A stretch of DNA of 64,000 nucleotides from Opitutaceae bacterium (GCA_051252375.1 JBPOFY010000001.1:448001-512000); one strand, 5' to 3'; positions 47,322 through 59,139 are shown, numbered from the stretch's first letter. A program made the numbers and translations. Notes: generated by a model from the sequence alone, not told the origin.

Positions 47322-48101
47322 TTATGGTTTTTGGCCAATTTTTGAGAAATCAAGGAGGCTGCGACTGATCTTGCCGCGTTCTAAAGTGGCGCGATCAGAT
47401 TGTGGGTGTGCCTCGATGATGGTGCCTTCCGAGTAGTGGAAGTTGAATTTGCCGGGGCTGGTTTCTTTATAGAGGCTGCCCAGTTCGATTTTGGCAGGGA
47501 AGGTGTCTTCAATAGCCGTTGTTGGGGTTGTTTCTGCTGGGAAATTAACATTGAGAACGGTTCCCAATATTGGCGGGTTTTGAACCGCGAGGAGGGCGAT
47601 CTTGGCCGCGTGCTGGGCTGCGGCGATGAGGCTGTCGTTAAAACGCCCTTCGGTGCGACCGTTACTGTCTCGAACGGCTTCAAAGATGTCTCCCGGGACA
47701 CACTGGCTGAACGCAATCGCGGGTAGCCCCCATAGGGCTCCTTCGATGGCACCCGCGACAGTGCCAGAGCTCAAGATAAGGGTCTCTGTGGTATTGTAGC
47801 CAATATTTATGCCGGAGACGACGATGTCTGGCTTTTCGGGCAGCAGATTACCGAGTGCGATATTGATACAGTCCGTAGGCGTGCCGCTGATTGCCCAAGC
47901 GTCTACAGATTGTGGGAAAATCGATGGGCTATGAATGACCTCAACTTCCTTATGGCGGCTCACGGCTCGCCCTATCCAGCTTTGCTCAAAGGCGGGCGCT
48001 GCGACCGAGACCTTAAAGTGCTGTGAGAGTGCGTCCACCAGTTGGTGGAGGAAGGCCGAGTCGATGCCGTCGTCGTTGGTGACTAAAACGTGTGGTTTCA
48101 C
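47322..48101 (-). CDS. surE: 5'/3'-nucleotidase SurE
   Basis: [39 protein letters not shown]. Confidence 0.93.
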   Translation of the reverse strand: MKPHVLVTNDDGIDSAFLHQLVDALSQHFKVSVAAPAFEQSWIGRAVSRHKEVEVIHSPSIFPQSVDAWAISGTPTDCINIALGNLLPEKPDIVVSGINIGYNTTETLILSSGTVAGAIEGALWGLPAIAFSQCVPGDIFEAVRDSNGRTEGRFNDSLIAAAQHAAKIALLAVQNPPILGTVLNVNFPAETTPTTAIEDTFPAKIELGSLYKETSPGKFNFHYSEGTIIEAHPQSDRATLERGKISRSLLDFSKIGQKP

Positions 48102-48137
48102 TTGATGCGTGGAGGGTGTGGAATGTGGCGAAGAGTG

Positions 48138-48608
48138 CTAGACGCCCGCTGGACGGGCGAGGGCTTCGCTTGGGGCTGCGGTGATGCGCTCGCGCACGGA
48201 TGTGGGCAATTCAATGGATTGCAGCTCACCGCTGGCAGTGAGCTTGGTCAGCACCGTTACCATCTGCCCTTTGCCAGCTTGTGTGCGTGAGCCATCCTGA
48301 TTTTGGCGGAAAATACGGAATTGGTATTCGATCGACCGATCTTTCATCGATTTTACGGCGAGATGTATGTCGATTGTGTCGCCGAAGCGTATCGGGGCGG
48401 AGAACTTGCATTCTGCTCGAGCTCGAGGCCAGCCTACCAGCTCGCCTGGCTGCGTATTGATCAGGTCGACACCTGCGGCTTCGAAAAAGTCCCGCTCAGC
48501 GGTTTCCATGTAGCGGAAAAAATTCGAGAAATGGACGAGTCCGGCCATATCTGTTTCGGAAAACTCGATTCGACGAGTCGAAGTGTGTTCATATGCCATG
48601 TGATGCAT
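48138..48608 (-). CDS. Acyl-CoA thioesterase (4HBT/YbgC-like hotdog fold)
   Basis: [26 protein letters not shown]. Confidence 0.88.
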   Translation of the reverse strand: MHHMAYEHTSTRRIEFSETDMAGLVHFSNFFRYMETAERDFFEAAGVDLINTQPGELVGWPRARAECKFSAPIRFGDTIDIHLAVKSMKDRSIEYQFRIFRQNQDGSRTQAGKGQMVTVLTKLTASGELQSIELPTSVRERITAAPSEALARPAGV

Positions 48609-48669
48609 TCATGAGAAGCATCTGCAGTTTAGCAATCGCAGGATACACAAAATTGCCGGCGAGGGGCAT

Positions 48670-48700
48670 AAAAACGGGAAGCCCTTTTCAAGGCTTCCCG
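48670..48700 (-). terminator. Intrinsic terminator after tal
   Basis: AAAA-CGGGAAGCC...GGCTTCCCG; hairpin plus T-run on the minus strand. Confidence 0.7.
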
Positions 48701-48726
48701 GGGAAAGGAGTGTGTATTGGGATTCT

Positions 48727-49686
48727 TTAGGCGAGCTTGGCTTTGACGATTTCGCGCACCTTTATCATGTCTTGCCCGAACACGCGGATGCCTTGCGCGA
48801 GCTTTTCGGTCGCCATCGCATCTTCATTTAGAAGCCAGCGGAAGGATTTCTCAGAAACGTCGAGCTTTTCGATGTCGGCGTCTTTCGCGGCTTCGGGATC
48901 GAGTTTGCGTGGCACTTCGTCAGACATGCCTTTTAGCTCTTCTAGGAGATTTGGGCTGATTGTAAGTAGGTCACATCCAGCGAGTTCGAGGATTTCGCCG
49001 AGATTTCGGAAGCTGGCTCCCATGACCTCAGTCTTGTAGCCAAATTTCTTATAGTATGTGTAAATTTCTTTTACGCTAAGCACGCCAGGGTCAGTTTCCT
49101 GAGTGTAGTTCTCGCCAGTGCTTGCCTTATACCAATCGAGGATGCGACCGACAAAGGGTGAAATGAGCTGAGCGCCCGCCTCAGCGCAAGCCACTGCCTG
49201 AGCTAGCGAGAAGAGCAGTGTCATATTGCAGCGAATACCTTCTTTTTCCAGCGTCTCCGCCGCGCGAATGCCTTCCCAAGTGGAAGCCATTTTAATTAAA
49301 ATACGCTCACGAGAGATGCCATTGGCCTCGTAAAGTGCGATGAGCTCGCGGGCTTTGGTGATGGTGGCATCGACGTCAAAAGAGAGGCAGGCGTCCACTT
49401 CCGTAGAGACGCGACCAGGCACAATCTCCAAGATTCGGCAGCCAAAGCCCACTAGGAGGTGGTCGACCACAAGGTCGACGAGTGCTTCACCGCTGAGTCC
49501 GGAGTCCTTCGTCGAGGCGATAGCCTCATCTAATACGGCGGCATACTCCGTTTTTTGGAGGGCTTTTAAGATTAGGGACGGATTTGTGGTCGCGTCTTGC
49601 GGCGTATAGGCCGCCAAAGTTTCAAAGTCGCCAGTGTCGGCGACCACAGTTGTCAGTGCTTTCAGTGCTTCAAGTGTATTACTCAT
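48727..49686 (-). CDS. tal: Transaldolase
   Basis: [52 protein letters not shown]. Start placed at ATG 49686. Confidence 0.96.
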   Translation of the reverse strand: MSNTLEALKALTTVVADTGDFETLAAYTPQDATTNPSLILKALQKTEYAAVLDEAIASTKDSGLSGEALVDLVVDHLLVGFGCRILEIVPGRVSTEVDACLSFDVDATITKARELIALYEANGISRERILIKMASTWEGIRAAETLEKEGIRCNMTLLFSLAQAVACAEAGAQLISPFVGRILDWYKASTGENYTQETDPGVLSVKEIYTYYKKFGYKTEVMGASFRNLGEILELAGCDLLTISPNLLEELKGMSDEVPRKLDPEAAKDADIEKLDVSEKSFRWLLNEDAMATEKLAQGIRVFGQDMIKVREIVKAKLA

Positions 49687-49742
49687 GGGAGCTTGTGTAT
49701 GCTCTGCGGCACATATTTCAAACTTCTTTAGTATGAGTTCTA

Positions 49743-50132
49743 TTAATTCTTTGCATTTATAGAGGGCTTGCAAGACTTCCAGGCGAGATGGCCCCAGCCT
49801 ACGATGAAGCATAGTCCTCCAAGTGGGGTGATGGGGCCGAGCCAATTTGGCGCACCTAGTGAGAGCGCGTATAGTGAGCCGCAAAAGAGGAAGATCCCTA
49901 AGCAGAAGCAATTACGGCAAAAACGGGCGATTTTGTCATTAATTGGCAAATGTGCCAGTAATAGGAGGCCTAGCGCGTGCCACATATGATAGTCCACAGC
50001 AGTCTTCCATGTTTCAAGTGTGCCCCTTTCGAGCAGAATGACTTTTAGGGCATGAGCTCCAAAAGCGCCAAGCACGACGGCAGCTAGGGCAAAGGCACTA
50101 CCGAGGCAGATAAAGGTGTGGCGGTGTTTCAT
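49743..50132 (-). CDS. DUF423/YgdD (TMEM256-like) membrane protein
   Basis: [34 protein letters not shown]. Confidence 0.9.
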   Translation of the reverse strand: MKHRHTFICLGSAFALAAVVLGAFGAHALKVILLERGTLETWKTAVDYHMWHALGLLLLAHLPINDKIARFCRNCFCLGIFLFCGSLYALSLGAPNWLGPITPLGGLCFIVGWGHLAWKSCKPSINAKN

Positions 50133-50289
50133 AAATATCTATCGTCGAGTTAGGCTTTTGTTAGGATAGTGCAGGTTTACATAGGACTAAGCGTGAGGGT
50201 TGATTGAATGGCCTTGGGCTTATCTCGGTTATTAGACGTTTTTTTATACTTGCATTACTAACTATTTTATACATTAAAGTGAACCAAAT

Positions 50290-50811
50290 ATGCGTATTAA
50301 TTCTATTAATGTATGCTTTGTCGCGCTTGCCGTGACAGCATCTGCTATAACTTTATCTGCTGCTGACGCGGGTTCCGATGCGGACCGTATTGCTCGCTTG
50401 GAGGCTCGTTTGATCGAGTTGGAATCTCGTTTGGCTGATACCGAGCAGGAAACCAAAGAAGTGAAGGTGTTAGCTTCCAGCGCAGCGGCAACTGGTGGCA
50501 ATGCCTCTATTCTAGGCAATCAAGCCACTTTTGATATTTTAGCTGGGAGCGCATGGCGCAACCTTCGCTGGACTCAAGAGGAGCAGTGGGATGGTATCCG
50601 CAATGGGATCACTGAAGAGCAGGTCATCGAGTTGCTCGGTTCGCCTCCTCGTTCAGTTAAGTCCCTCAAGCCTCGTGTTGACCTAGTCTATTGGTATGAA
50701 ACGAGCATCCGAGATCGAACCAACACTATTCGCGGTAAAATTTCCTTTAAGAAGGGCAAGGTAATTGCTTTTCAAAAGCCCAATTTCAAAGCAGTGAAGT
50801 CGGCTCTATAG
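50290..50811 (+). CDS. Secreted hypothetical protein (coiled coil plus SmpA/OmlA-like motif)
   Basis: Signal peptide; RIARLEARLIELESRL; GITEEQVIELLGSP..YWY. Confidence 0.7.
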   Translation: MRINSINVCFVALAVTASAITLSAADAGSDADRIARLEARLIELESRLADTEQETKEVKVLASSAAATGGNASILGNQATFDILAGSAWRNLRWTQEEQWDGIRNGITEEQVIELLGSPPRSVKSLKPRVDLVYWYETSIRDRTNTIRGKISFKKGKVIAFQKPNFKAVKSAL

Positions 50812-50867
50812 CCAGTGGAACTGCTTAGGAACAACAAACAAAACAAACAAAACAAATAAACTACACT

Positions 50868-51926
50868 ATGAAAAATAAAATTGCTATCGCATCTGCGTTT
50901 ATCGCAGCTTCTAGCTTTTCGATGGGTGAAATCGTTGTAAACGATTTCCTTTCTTTCGAAGGCTTTGTTGATATGTCCTACACACACGAGGATACAGAAA
51001 CTGGTAACAACAACGATGATACTGAAAACAGCTACGGTCTTGACCAAGTTGAAATCAGCTGGTTGTTCGATTTCGATCCTGTAACTGCACAAATCGATCT
51101 TCAGTACCTTGGTTCTGGAACAGACACTAATACAAATGTTGAACAAGCATTTGTAACATACCACTTCGATAACGGTGGTGCTGTAACAGCTGGTCGTTAT
51201 GCATCTATGCTCGGTTTCGAAGCTTATGAGCCAACTGGTCTTTACCAGTTCTCTACAGCTTACGACATCCGTGCTGGTGTTCGTGATCTTTCAAACATCA
51301 ATGGTCAATACGCCAATGGTGTGAAGTTCACATACGAAACAGATACTACATTCTTCGGTATCTCTCTCCAAGACGAAGCTTTCTCCGGTGGAGTTAGCGG
51401 TAACTTGGGTGGTGATGATGACAATCGTTCATTCGGTCTTGAAGTTGCTGGTTCGCTCACAATGGAGAATGGTCTTACATTCTTCCTCGGTGGTGCTTAC
51501 GAAGACGGCGATGAAGGTCTTGGTGACACATACATCATCAACACATATGCTACATTCGAAACAGGTGCTTGGATCTTTGCTGCTGAGTTGAACCTCGGTA
51601 ACACTGAGTCTGGTTCCTTCGCATATGCTGGTCCTGGTGGAAACTTTGCTAAGGCAGACGCTGATCTTTTCTCAGCTCTCATCATGGCAAACTTCGCATA
51701 CAGCGATCAAGCTTCTGTTACTGGTCGTATCTCCTACCAGGAGTTCGAAAGCAACAATGTTGCAGGATTCGAAGCTGAGTACCTTAAGTACACACTCGCA
51801 CACGGCTATGCATTCACAGACAATCTGTCTCTTGTGAATGAAATCAGCTACATCGATGGTGAGCGTGGTTTCGGTACTGATTACGAATCCCTCAACTTAG
51901 CTGCTGAGCTTATCTTCTCATTCTAA
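50868..51926 (+). CDS. Outer-membrane beta-barrel porin (likely highly expressed)
   Basis: Signal peptide; alternating amphipathic strands (EGFVDMSY, VEQAFVTY, AGRY.SMLGFEA); C-terminal ..ELIFSF; strong bias to GGT/GCT/TTC/AAC/TAC codons. Confidence 0.85.
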   Translation: MKNKIAIASAFIAASSFSMGEIVVNDFLSFEGFVDMSYTHEDTETGNNNDDTENSYGLDQVEISWLFDFDPVTAQIDLQYLGSGTDTNTNVEQAFVTYHFDNGGAVTAGRYASMLGFEAYEPTGLYQFSTAYDIRAGVRDLSNINGQYANGVKFTYETDTTFFGISLQDEAFSGGVSGNLGGDDDNRSFGLEVAGSLTMENGLTFFLGGAYEDGDEGLGDTYIINTYATFETGAWIFAAELNLGNTESGSFAYAGPGGNFAKADADLFSALIMANFAYSDQASVTGRISYQEFESNNVAGFEAEYLKYTLAHGYAFTDNLSLVNEISYIDGERGFGTDYESLNLAAELIFSF

Positions 51927-51966
51927 TTGGGCCTCGCCTAGTTAGAACGTAAAGAAAACATATTTC

Positions 51967-52002
51967 AAAGCCCTCCGACTTCGGTCGGGGGGCTTTTTCT
52001 TT
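51967..52002 (+). terminator. Intrinsic terminator after the porin gene
   Basis: AAAGCCCTCCGAC-TTCG-GTCGGGGGGCTTTTT hairpin with a UUCG loop. Confidence 0.9.
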
Positions 52003-52143
52003 GCACGGTTTACGAACGTGGGGAGGATCTTGCTGCATACTGGATTAACTAAGAATAGAGAGTGACGTGGCTACAACGTGACTCTTGAAAAAGCTTAACC
52101 GAGTATTGTTCCCAGCAATCGACTATGAACTTTTTTGTCCGCT

Positions 52144-53193
52144 TTACGAACGCGGCATCAGCTCTCGGCGACGTAGCTGCAGCCAGAGTGTCCAAGCGTG
52201 GCGCTTGAGTATCTCGCGTGCTTGGTCGATCTCCGCGCGGCGTTGTTCCAAGTTCTCATTAGCGATCGCGGAAAGGTCGTCGAGATTGTAGAGATAGACA
52301 TTCTCTATCTTTTCGACATCGGGTGCGATATCGCGGGGCATCGCAAGGTCGATAAGGAAGCACGGGCGCTCTGGGCGCTGCTTGAGCGCCGGGGCTAGGT
52401 TCTCCCTGCTTAGAATCGCTGTTGGTGCGGCCGTGGAGCAAATGATGATATCGAAGTGCTCAAGTTGCGATTCGAAGTCGCTAAATTCGATGGCGGCGCC
52501 ACTTAGCTGGTGTGCCAGTTTGTGGGCATTCTCAAAGGTGCGACTGCTGACAGTGATGTCTGCGACGCCACGACTTTTGAGTGCTTGGGCAGTCTTTTCG
52601 CTGACGTCGCCGCTGCCCAGTAGTAGGACGCGGCTACTGTTGAGCTTGCCGAAGATCCGGCTGGCGAGGTCGACCGCGACGTTGCCGATACTGATTTGAC
52701 CGCGAGTGATCGCAGTTTGTGAGCGAGCGGACTTGGCGGCTTGAAAGCTTTTCTCAAAGAGGCGGTTGAGCACGGTGCTGGTGCAGCCCGCGTCGCGTGC
52801 GCTGGCGTAGGCTCCCTTCATTTGACCTAAGATGTCGGTTTCGCCAACCATTTGAGAGTCTAGGCCTGTGCAGACCTCCAGCGCATGCTGGAGTGCCTCA
52901 AGGTTGGTGTGCCAGAAAGAGTGCGCGTCAAACAGCTCACGACTCAGTCCATGCTCTTGGCAAAGGAGGTCGCGTATGCGCGGCTCGATGTCTGGCGTCG
53001 TCGCCAGTCCATAGATCTCGAGGCGATTACAGGTATTCACGACGAGGCATTCTCGGATGTCTTCGTCGGCGTAGATTTTCTTTTGCAGGCTTTGGGCCTC
53101 TTCTGCAGTCAGTGAAAAGCGTTCACGGACCTCAAGGGGTGCTTGATGGTGGGAACTCCCCAAGACAAACAATGACTGCAATACCTCGCTCAT
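52144..53193 (-). CDS. hemA: Glutamyl-tRNA reductase
   Basis: [42 protein letters not shown]. Confidence 0.95.
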   Translation of the reverse strand: MSEVLQSLFVLGSSHHQAPLEVRERFSLTAEEAQSLQKKIYADEDIRECLVVNTCNRLEIYGLATTPDIEPRIRDLLCQEHGLSRELFDAHSFWHTNLEALQHALEVCTGLDSQMVGETDILGQMKGAYASARDAGCTSTVLNRLFEKSFQAAKSARSQTAITRGQISIGNVAVDLASRIFGKLNSSRVLLLGSGDVSEKTAQALKSRGVADITVSSRTFENAHKLAHQLSGAAIEFSDFESQLEHFDIIICSTAAPTAILSRENLAPALKQRPERPCFLIDLAMPRDIAPDVEKIENVYLYNLDDLSAIANENLEQRRAEIDQAREILKRHAWTLWLQLRRRELMPRS

Positions 53194-53208
53194 ACAGATA
53201 ATGACAGC

Positions 53209-54069
53209 TTACTTGGCGTCCGTGGTGACGCTGGAGCTTGGGGTAGATTCGGTGTGGCGCGCGGATTGCACAGGCCAGAGTGAGGCCATCGCGAGTAGGA
53301 AGAGTATGATCGCGGTAATGGCGTGTCGACGTGTGACGAGTTTCTTTTGCAGACGCAGGATGACTACGATGATGTAGCCGGCCCATATAACGCAAGTCAC
53401 CCCGAGTTTAAAGAAGGGCACTAAGTCGGGATTATTGACCCAGAAGACCGCCCCGAAGAGCAGGGCAGCAGTGAGGAAAATGACACCAGTGATCATGAGC
53501 CGCTTCGCCATGAGGTCGAGCTGCTGGACGGACGGCAGGTATTGGTAGAGCCCTTTGAATTGTTTCTTTTTAAGCCCGTGTTGCTGGATGAGGAACATCA
53601 CGGAAACCAATGCCACGATGGCAAATACCCCGTAGCTAAAGATGGCCAGCGCGGCGTGCAGTTCGATCCAAGGATTGCCGCCGAAGATACCCGCTGGATA
53701 GGGTTGGTCCCATGCTGGCACGAGTAGGCTACCTCCTGTGAGTAGTGCAGTTAAACCTGCGGCAAAAAAGCCAAGTAGGCGTAGCCTGAAGATTGGGCCG
53801 ACTATGAAATATAATAGCACCAGTGACCAAGCGATGAACTGGGCGATTTCGAAGGTATTACCCAATGGGCATGCCTTGATCGCGGCACCGCGTAGGTTGA
53901 GCCCTAGGGTCTGAATCAGAAACCCGCCGCTGAGAAGTGCGAACATGACTGCTCGCGGGTATGGCTTCTTTAAGAGCAGCGTGATACAGCCAAAGAGAAA
54001 AGCAGCCAGATAGATCGAGGCGCCGATTGCAAAAGCGGTTCGGTCAGTCATAGCGATGTCGTGCAGCAT
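53209..54069 (-). CDS. Cytochrome c assembly (CcsA/HemX-like) membrane protein
   Basis: About 8 TM helices; [17 protein letters not shown]...LD; located between hemH and hemA. The start may be at 54051. Confidence 0.8.
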   Translation of the reverse strand: MLHDIAMTDRTAFAIGASIYLAAFLFGCITLLLKKPYPRAVMFALLSGGFLIQTLGLNLRGAAIKACPLGNTFEIAQFIAWSLVLLYFIVGPIFRLRLLGFFAAGLTALLTGGSLLVPAWDQPYPAGIFGGNPWIELHAALAIFSYGVFAIVALVSVMFLIQQHGLKKKQFKGLYQYLPSVQQLDLMAKRLMITGVIFLTAALLFGAVFWVNNPDLVPFFKLGVTCVIWAGYIIVVILRLQKKLVTRRHAITAIILFLLAMASLWPVQSARHTESTPSSSVTTDAK

Positions 54070-54155
54070 ATTTGGCGGGCGATGGATTCAGGTCAGTTCG
54101 TGGTGCTGAATAACCAATAGCGGAGGGCGTGCCTTATCAAGGCTTCTCTCCGCGC

Positions 54156-55223
54156 TTAACGCTGGATATAAGCAGGAGGCGTTGCGTGGGCGTGCTCTAA
54201 CTCACCTGCTTGCCATGCTTTAACTTTGTCGACGAGGAATTCGATGAATTTTGGGTGCTCGTTGAGGCAAGGGATTTGCTCGAACTCTTCGCCGCCTGCT
54301 TCCAAGAAAATGTCGCGGCCCTCTTCGGCGATTTCCTCTAAAGTTTCTAGGCAATCGGCAGTGAAGGCGGGGCACATCACCTTGACTCGTTTACAGCCGT
54401 CTTCTGCGAGTTTTTCCAATGTCTTGTCTGTGTAAGGTTGGAGCCATGGATCGCGACCGAGACGAGACTGGAACGTGATCATGTATTTGTCCTTAGGCAG
54501 TCCAGTGGCGGCGACGAACTTTTCGACCGTCATCGCGCATTGATGGCGGTAGCAGGTGCCATGTGCGGGGTGACAGGTGTTGCAACAATCGTGTGTGGTG
54601 AGGCAGTGGTTGTGTGACGGGTCTCCTTTAACGAGGTGACGTTGCGGTATGCCGTGGAAAGAGAAGACGAGTTTATCAAAGTCGCCTTTTTCGATCGAGG
54701 GTCGCGCATTCTCGACCATGGCTTCGATGTAAGCCGGATCTTGGTAGAATGGCTGCAAGAGCGTGGTCTTCATGTCTGGCTTTTGGGCACGAATCGCATC
54801 CATTGTGTGCACGACGGCAGTTTCATAGCTCGACATGGCGTAGTGCGGATACATGGGAACGATAAAGAGATCATCCACGCCCTGCTCGACGAGTCTGGCG
54901 ATGGCGTCTGGTGTGGACGGTGTGCCGTAGCGCATGCCTAATTCCACGGGGACATCGACTTGCTCTGCTAGCTTTGCGCGTTGCCCTTCCGAAATAAGTA
55001 TGAGCGGCGAACCTTCATCGCGCCAGATGCTGGCATAGGCTTCGGCAGATTCTTTTGGGCGTGTTGGTAGAATCAGGCAGTTGACGATAAACCATCGAAT
55101 CGGGAAAGGCGCATCGAGCACTCGGCCGTCCATGAGGAATTCACGAAGGTAGCGGCGAACGTCGCTGACTTCGGTGGAGTCGGGTGAGCCGAGATTGAGG
55201 AGTATGACGCCTTGCTTTGACAT
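54156..55223 (-). CDS. hemH: Ferrochelatase
   Basis: [52 protein letters not shown]. Start at ATG 55223 (or 55229). Confidence 0.95.
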   Translation of the reverse strand: MSKQGVILLNLGSPDSTEVSDVRRYLREFLMDGRVLDAPFPIRWFIVNCLILPTRPKESAEAYASIWRDEGSPLILISEGQRAKLAEQVDVPVELGMRYGTPSTPDAIARLVEQGVDDLFIVPMYPHYAMSSYETAVVHTMDAIRAQKPDMKTTLLQPFYQDPAYIEAMVENARPSIEKGDFDKLVFSFHGIPQRHLVKGDPSHNHCLTTHDCCNTCHPAHGTCYRHQCAMTVEKFVAATGLPKDKYMITFQSRLGRDPWLQPYTDKTLEKLAEDGCKRVKVMCPAFTADCLETLEEIAEEGRDIFLEAGGEEFEQIPCLNEHPKFIEFLVDKVKAWQAGELEHAHATPPAYIQR

Positions 55224-55348
55224 GGGCATAGAGAAGGGCAGCAAAACGGAACTTGTCAAACCGAAGGTCACAGTAGTGTTTGGCGCCGTGTTGATACTTC
55301 GCATGGAGTTGACACATTGGGCGTCTTTGCTATCACCTAGTGACTCAG

Positions 55349-55957
55349 ATGGGCACAGGTCTAAAATATCGCGTCCTTGTTCTGAACCGACTGTGGCAAG
55401 CAGTTAACATCGTCGGCGTTCAGCGCGCCTTCAGCCTCTTATTGCAAGACCATGCGCAGGTGATCTACACGGGCGACGAGAGTTTTCAGATGATGGATTC
55501 GGCCGCTTGGTTGGCGCTTTCGGAAGAGGAATCGCCGGATGATAATGAGGCATATGTGCAGACTGTTCGTATGCGTATCCGTGTGCCGAAGGTATTGCTC
55601 TTGCGCGAGTATGACCAATTGCCAGCGCGGGAAGTCCGGTTCTCCCGGGAGAGCCTTTTTGAGCGCGACAACTATCGCTGCCAGTATTGCGGCGATAACT
55701 TTGAAGAGAAGCATTTGAACATGGATCACGTCATCCCGAAGGATCGTGGCGGACGCACGTCTTGGGAAAATATTGTGACCTCGTGTATCAAATGTAATTC
55801 ACGGAAAGCGAATCGATTGCCGCACCAAGCAAGCATGCACTTAATTCGTAAACCGGAACGCCCTCGTTGGCGGCCTTTTATCAGTTCGTTAATCGGTCAG
55901 GATTATGACTCTGACTGGGACAACTTTATTAAGCTAAAGAAGCAGGGGAGTGCTTAG
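55349..55957 (+). CDS. HNH endonuclease family protein
   Basis: [39 protein letters not shown]. Confidence 0.9.
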   Translation: MGTGLKYRVLVLNRLWQAVNIVGVQRAFSLLLQDHAQVIYTGDESFQMMDSAAWLALSEEESPDDNEAYVQTVRMRIRVPKVLLLREYDQLPAREVRFSRESLFERDNYRCQYCGDNFEEKHLNMDHVIPKDRGGRTSWENIVTSCIKCNSRKANRLPHQASMHLIRKPERPRWRPFISSLIGQDYDSDWDNFIKLKKQGSA

Positions 55958-56244
55958 GCTGACGCTTCCGGCATTTCGCGGAAGAAGACGGCTGTCTTGC
56001 CGACACCGCCGATGTATTCGCAACCACGTTTCTCGACGATTTCCTCGCTATAGCCTTTGATGGCGGCACGTTCTGCTTCGAAGCGGATCTTGATGAGACC
56101 GTTTTTAAGTAGGGCCATTTCGATTTCGCCCATGACTGTCTCGCTCAGACCTTGCTTGCCGACGTGAAGGTGGGGCTTGAGCCGTTGGGCGAGACCGCGC
56201 AGCTCCTTTTTTTCGGCGCTGGAGAGTGGTGTGTTTTCTTCCAT
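55954..56244 (-). CDS. yhbY: YhbY/CRM RNA-binding protein
   Basis: LRGLAQRLKP.LHVGKQGL; LIKIR; VGKTAVFFR. Confidence 0.85.
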   Translation of the reverse strand: MEENTPLSSAEKKELRGLAQRLKPHLHVGKQGLSETVMGEIEMALLKNGLIKIRFEAERAAIKGYSEEIVEKRGCEYIGGVGKTAVFFREMPEASA

Positions 56245-56247
56245 AGT

Positions 56248-58083
56248 TTAATCCTTCGGGTCTGGAAGGGTCTTGTCGGCAATATTCTGTAGGAGTTCTC
56301 CCATGAACTCGGCGGGCGTCTTGAGACCTTCGAGTGCCTTGTTGGCGCGGGAGTTGACTTTAACTAGGCCTTCTTCGGCCTCCTGCTTGCCGAGCACGAG
56401 GAAGTTGGGGACCTTGTCGAGGTGGCACTTGCGGATCTTGGCGCCGAGTTTGTCGGCGATGGCGTCGACTGTGACACGGATCTTGGCAGCCTTGAGGAGT
56501 TTTTCGATTTCGCGCGCTTGTGGCACGAGATCATCATTCATAGGCAAGATACGGACTTGCTCCGGGGCGAGCCAAGTCGGGAAGCTACCTGCGAAGTGCT
56601 CGATTAGGACGCCGCAGAAACGCTCCATCGAACCGAATGGTGCGCGGTGGATCATGACGGGGCGGTGCTTCTCGTTGTCGGCACCGATATAGTTTAGATC
56701 GAAACGTTCGGGTAAGTTATAGTCCACTTGGACAGTCCCGAGTTGCCATTCGCGACCGATCACGTCCTTCACGACGAAGTCGATTTTAGGACCGTAGAAA
56801 GCGGCTTCGCCAGGTTCTTCGACGTAGTCTACGTCGAGCGTTTGCGCGGCTTCGCGCAGAGCGGCTTCAGCTTTGTCCCACTTCGCGGCATCGCCCACAT
56901 ACTTGGTGGAGTCCGGGTCGCGCAGGCCGATACGGACGCGGTAGTCCGACATGCCGAGTGTGGTGAATACGAGTTTCACCAAGTCGAGGCAGCCTTTGAT
57001 TTCTTGGCCGATCTGGTCTTCGGTGCAGAAGAGGTGGGCGTCGTCTTGTGTAAATCCGCGGACACGGGTCATGCCGTTCAGTTCGCCGGATTGTTCCCAG
57101 CGATAAACAGTGCCGAATTCGGCGAGGCGAACAGGCAGGTCGCGGTAAGAGTGCGGCTGGCTGTCGAAGACCTTGATGTGCATTGGGCAGTTCATCGGCT
57201 TGAGCAGGTAGCCATCAATTTCGCCGGAATCGAGTTGATTGGAGAGGTCGCCACAGGAGCAGCCTTCGGCGGCGAGTCGTTCGACTGTGCCAGGCTCAAC
57301 GATCGGCGGGAATTGCGATTCCTTGTAGTAAGGGAAGTGTCCCGATGTGCGGTAGAGACCGAGCTTGCCGATGTGCGGCGTGAAAACTTGATCGTAGTCG
57401 GCCATGCGCAGTTCTTCGGCGATGAAGTTCTGCAGCTCTTGGCGGATGACTGCGCCATTGGGCGTCCAGAGTGTGAGGCCTGCTCCGACGGCTTCGTCGA
57501 TATGGAACAGTTTTAAATCTTTGCCTAGCTTGCGGTGGTCGCGGGCTTTGGCTTGCTCTAGGCGCTCTAGGTGCTCGGTGAGTTCGTCCTTGCTTGCAAA
57601 AGCGGTGCCGTAGATGCGTTGGAGTTGCTTGTTGTTCTCGTCGCCGCGGTGATAAGCACCAGCGATGGAGAGCAGCTTAAAGGCTTTGATCTTTTTGGTG
57701 TATCCTACGTGAGGACCGGCGCAAAGGTCGACAAACTCACCGTTTTGGTAGAAGCTGACTTGTTCGCCTTCTGGCACGTCGTCGAGGCGTCCGAGCTTAT
57801 AGGTCTCTTGTCCGATTTCTTTGATTTTGGCGATGGCGTCTTCGCGTGAGCACTCGATGCGGGTGAAGCGCTGGTTTTCTTTGATCACCTTCTTCATCTC
57901 GGCCTCGATTTTTTCGAGGTCGGTGGCGTCGAGCTTCTTATTCAGATCGATGTCGTAGTAGAAGCCACTGTCGGTGGGAGGGCCGATATCGAGCTGCGTT
58001 TCCGGGTAGAGACGTAGGATCGCGGTGGCGAGCACGTGCGAGCATGAGTGGCGGAGTTCCTCGAGTGGGGACATTTCTTTCAT
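56248..58083 (-). CDS. thrS: Threonine--tRNA ligase
   Basis: RHSCSH; DLCAGPH; RDHRKLG; KPMNCP; RVRGFTQDDAH; FYGPKID; HRAPFGSMERF. Confidence 0.97.
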   Translation of the reverse strand: MKEMSPLEELRHSCSHVLATAILRLYPETQLDIGPPTDSGFYYDIDLNKKLDATDLEKIEAEMKKVIKENQRFTRIECSREDAIAKIKEIGQETYKLGRLDDVPEGEQVSFYQNGEFVDLCAGPHVGYTKKIKAFKLLSIAGAYHRGDENNKQLQRIYGTAFASKDELTEHLERLEQAKARDHRKLGKDLKLFHIDEAVGAGLTLWTPNGAVIRQELQNFIAEELRMADYDQVFTPHIGKLGLYRTSGHFPYYKESQFPPIVEPGTVERLAAEGCSCGDLSNQLDSGEIDGYLLKPMNCPMHIKVFDSQPHSYRDLPVRLAEFGTVYRWEQSGELNGMTRVRGFTQDDAHLFCTEDQIGQEIKGCLDLVKLVFTTLGMSDYRVRIGLRDPDSTKYVGDAAKWDKAEAALREAAQTLDVDYVEEPGEAAFYGPKIDFVVKDVIGREWQLGTVQVDYNLPERFDLNYIGADNEKHRPVMIHRAPFGSMERFCGVLIEHFAGSFPTWLAPEQVRILPMNDDLVPQAREIEKLLKAAKIRVTVDAIADKLGAKIRKCHLDKVPNFLVLGKQEAEEGLVKVNSRANKALEGLKTPAEFMGELLQNIADKTLPDPKD

Positions 58084-58163
58084 AGTATGAACGATTTAAA
58101 ATTCTGAAGTGAGAAGACAGAAGGCTGCTCGCGAGTAGTCAATGCCAGAAAGGCGTCGACCGG

Positions 58164-59036
58164 TTACCCTTTGTAGGCGAATGCGGGGACTCCTTTGACG
58201 CCCAACCCGTCGATGACGAAGAGTTTGCCGGCATCTGGTTCATCGAAGCCGGGCTTGAGCCCTGTCGTCACAAAGAGGCGGTCTAAGTTTGGCCCGCCGA
58301 AGGCGCAAGCAGTGGTTTCGATACAGGGTAGGTCGACCCGAAGGAGTTCTTTGTTTTTCACGGGGTCGAAGCGAACGACGCATCCGCCGTGGCAAAACGC
58401 GACCCATAGGTTATCATCAGCATCGATGGTCATGCCATCAGGAGAGCTGGCGTAGCCTTTTGCGCCGGTATCGATGACCGCACGAGGGTTGCTGATTGCG
58501 CCGGTAGCGAGATTGTAATCGTAGGCGCGGATCTCTTTTGTGGGCGTGTCGATGTAGAACATCGTTTTAGCATCCGCACTCCAGCAGATACCGTTCGAGT
58601 TGGTGACGTTGGGGATTTTTAGGCTGAGGCTGCCATCAGTTTCGAGGCAGTAGAGGTTCGCGGTGCCTTCGTTTTTGACTAGGCTGATCGTGCCTGCCCA
58701 AAAGCGCCCAGCGGGGTCACACTTGCCGTCATTGAAACGATTGGCATCGCGTAGCTCCGCTTCGGGATCGGCTAGGTTGGCTTTGGCTTCTGTTTCCGGA
58801 TTGAACCGAATGAAACCGGTGTCGCCTGCATAGATGTAGTCGTTCGTAGTTGTGGGAACGACGGTGCCGATGCGTTCACCGATCTCCCAGACTTTCTCTT
58901 CGCCGGTGTCGGGGTTGAGTTTGATCAATCGTTTGTCGTTGGTATCGACGTAGAGGAGGTGGTCTTCCCACCAGATCGGGGTCTCCCCCCAGAGTGCAGT
59001 ATATTGGCCGATGGCAGTGATGGTAGGCTTAGTCAT
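58164..59036 (-). CDS. SMP-30/gluconolactonase/LRE family protein
   Basis: WGETPIW; RFNDGKCDPAGRFWAGT; SNGICWS; PDGMTID; TACAFGG. Confidence 0.92.
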   Translation of the reverse strand: MTKPTITAIGQYTALWGETPIWWEDHLLYVDTNDKRLIKLNPDTGEEKVWEIGERIGTVVPTTTNDYIYAGDTGFIRFNPETEAKANLADPEAELRDANRFNDGKCDPAGRFWAGTISLVKNEGTANLYCLETDGSLSLKIPNVTNSNGICWSADAKTMFYIDTPTKEIRAYDYNLATGAISNPRAVIDTGAKGYASSPDGMTIDADDNLWVAFCHGGCVVRFDPVKNKELLRVDLPCIETTACAFGGPNLDRLFVTTGLKPGFDEPDAGKLFVIDGLGVKGVPAFAYKG

Positions 59037-59083
59037 ATAGTTGCTTTATTGAAGACTATGCTGCACCTCGTCAATAGGTTGCC

Positions 59084-59114
59084 AAAAAAAGGCCATCGAT
59101 CGACGATGGCCTTT
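59084..59114 (-). terminator. Intrinsic terminator after the 170-aa ORF
   Basis: AAAAAAAGGCCATCG-atcga-CGATGGCCTTT. Confidence 0.8.
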
Positions 59115-59139
59115 GATATGAAAAGTGATGTAGGTGTGA

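Noticed and set aside
55349..55957. HNH nuclease as a defence system or as the effector of the TcA-like operon
   Set aside because: It is a stand-alone member of a common HNH family among housekeeping genes, with no methylase, immunity gene or signal peptide, 23 kb from the operon.
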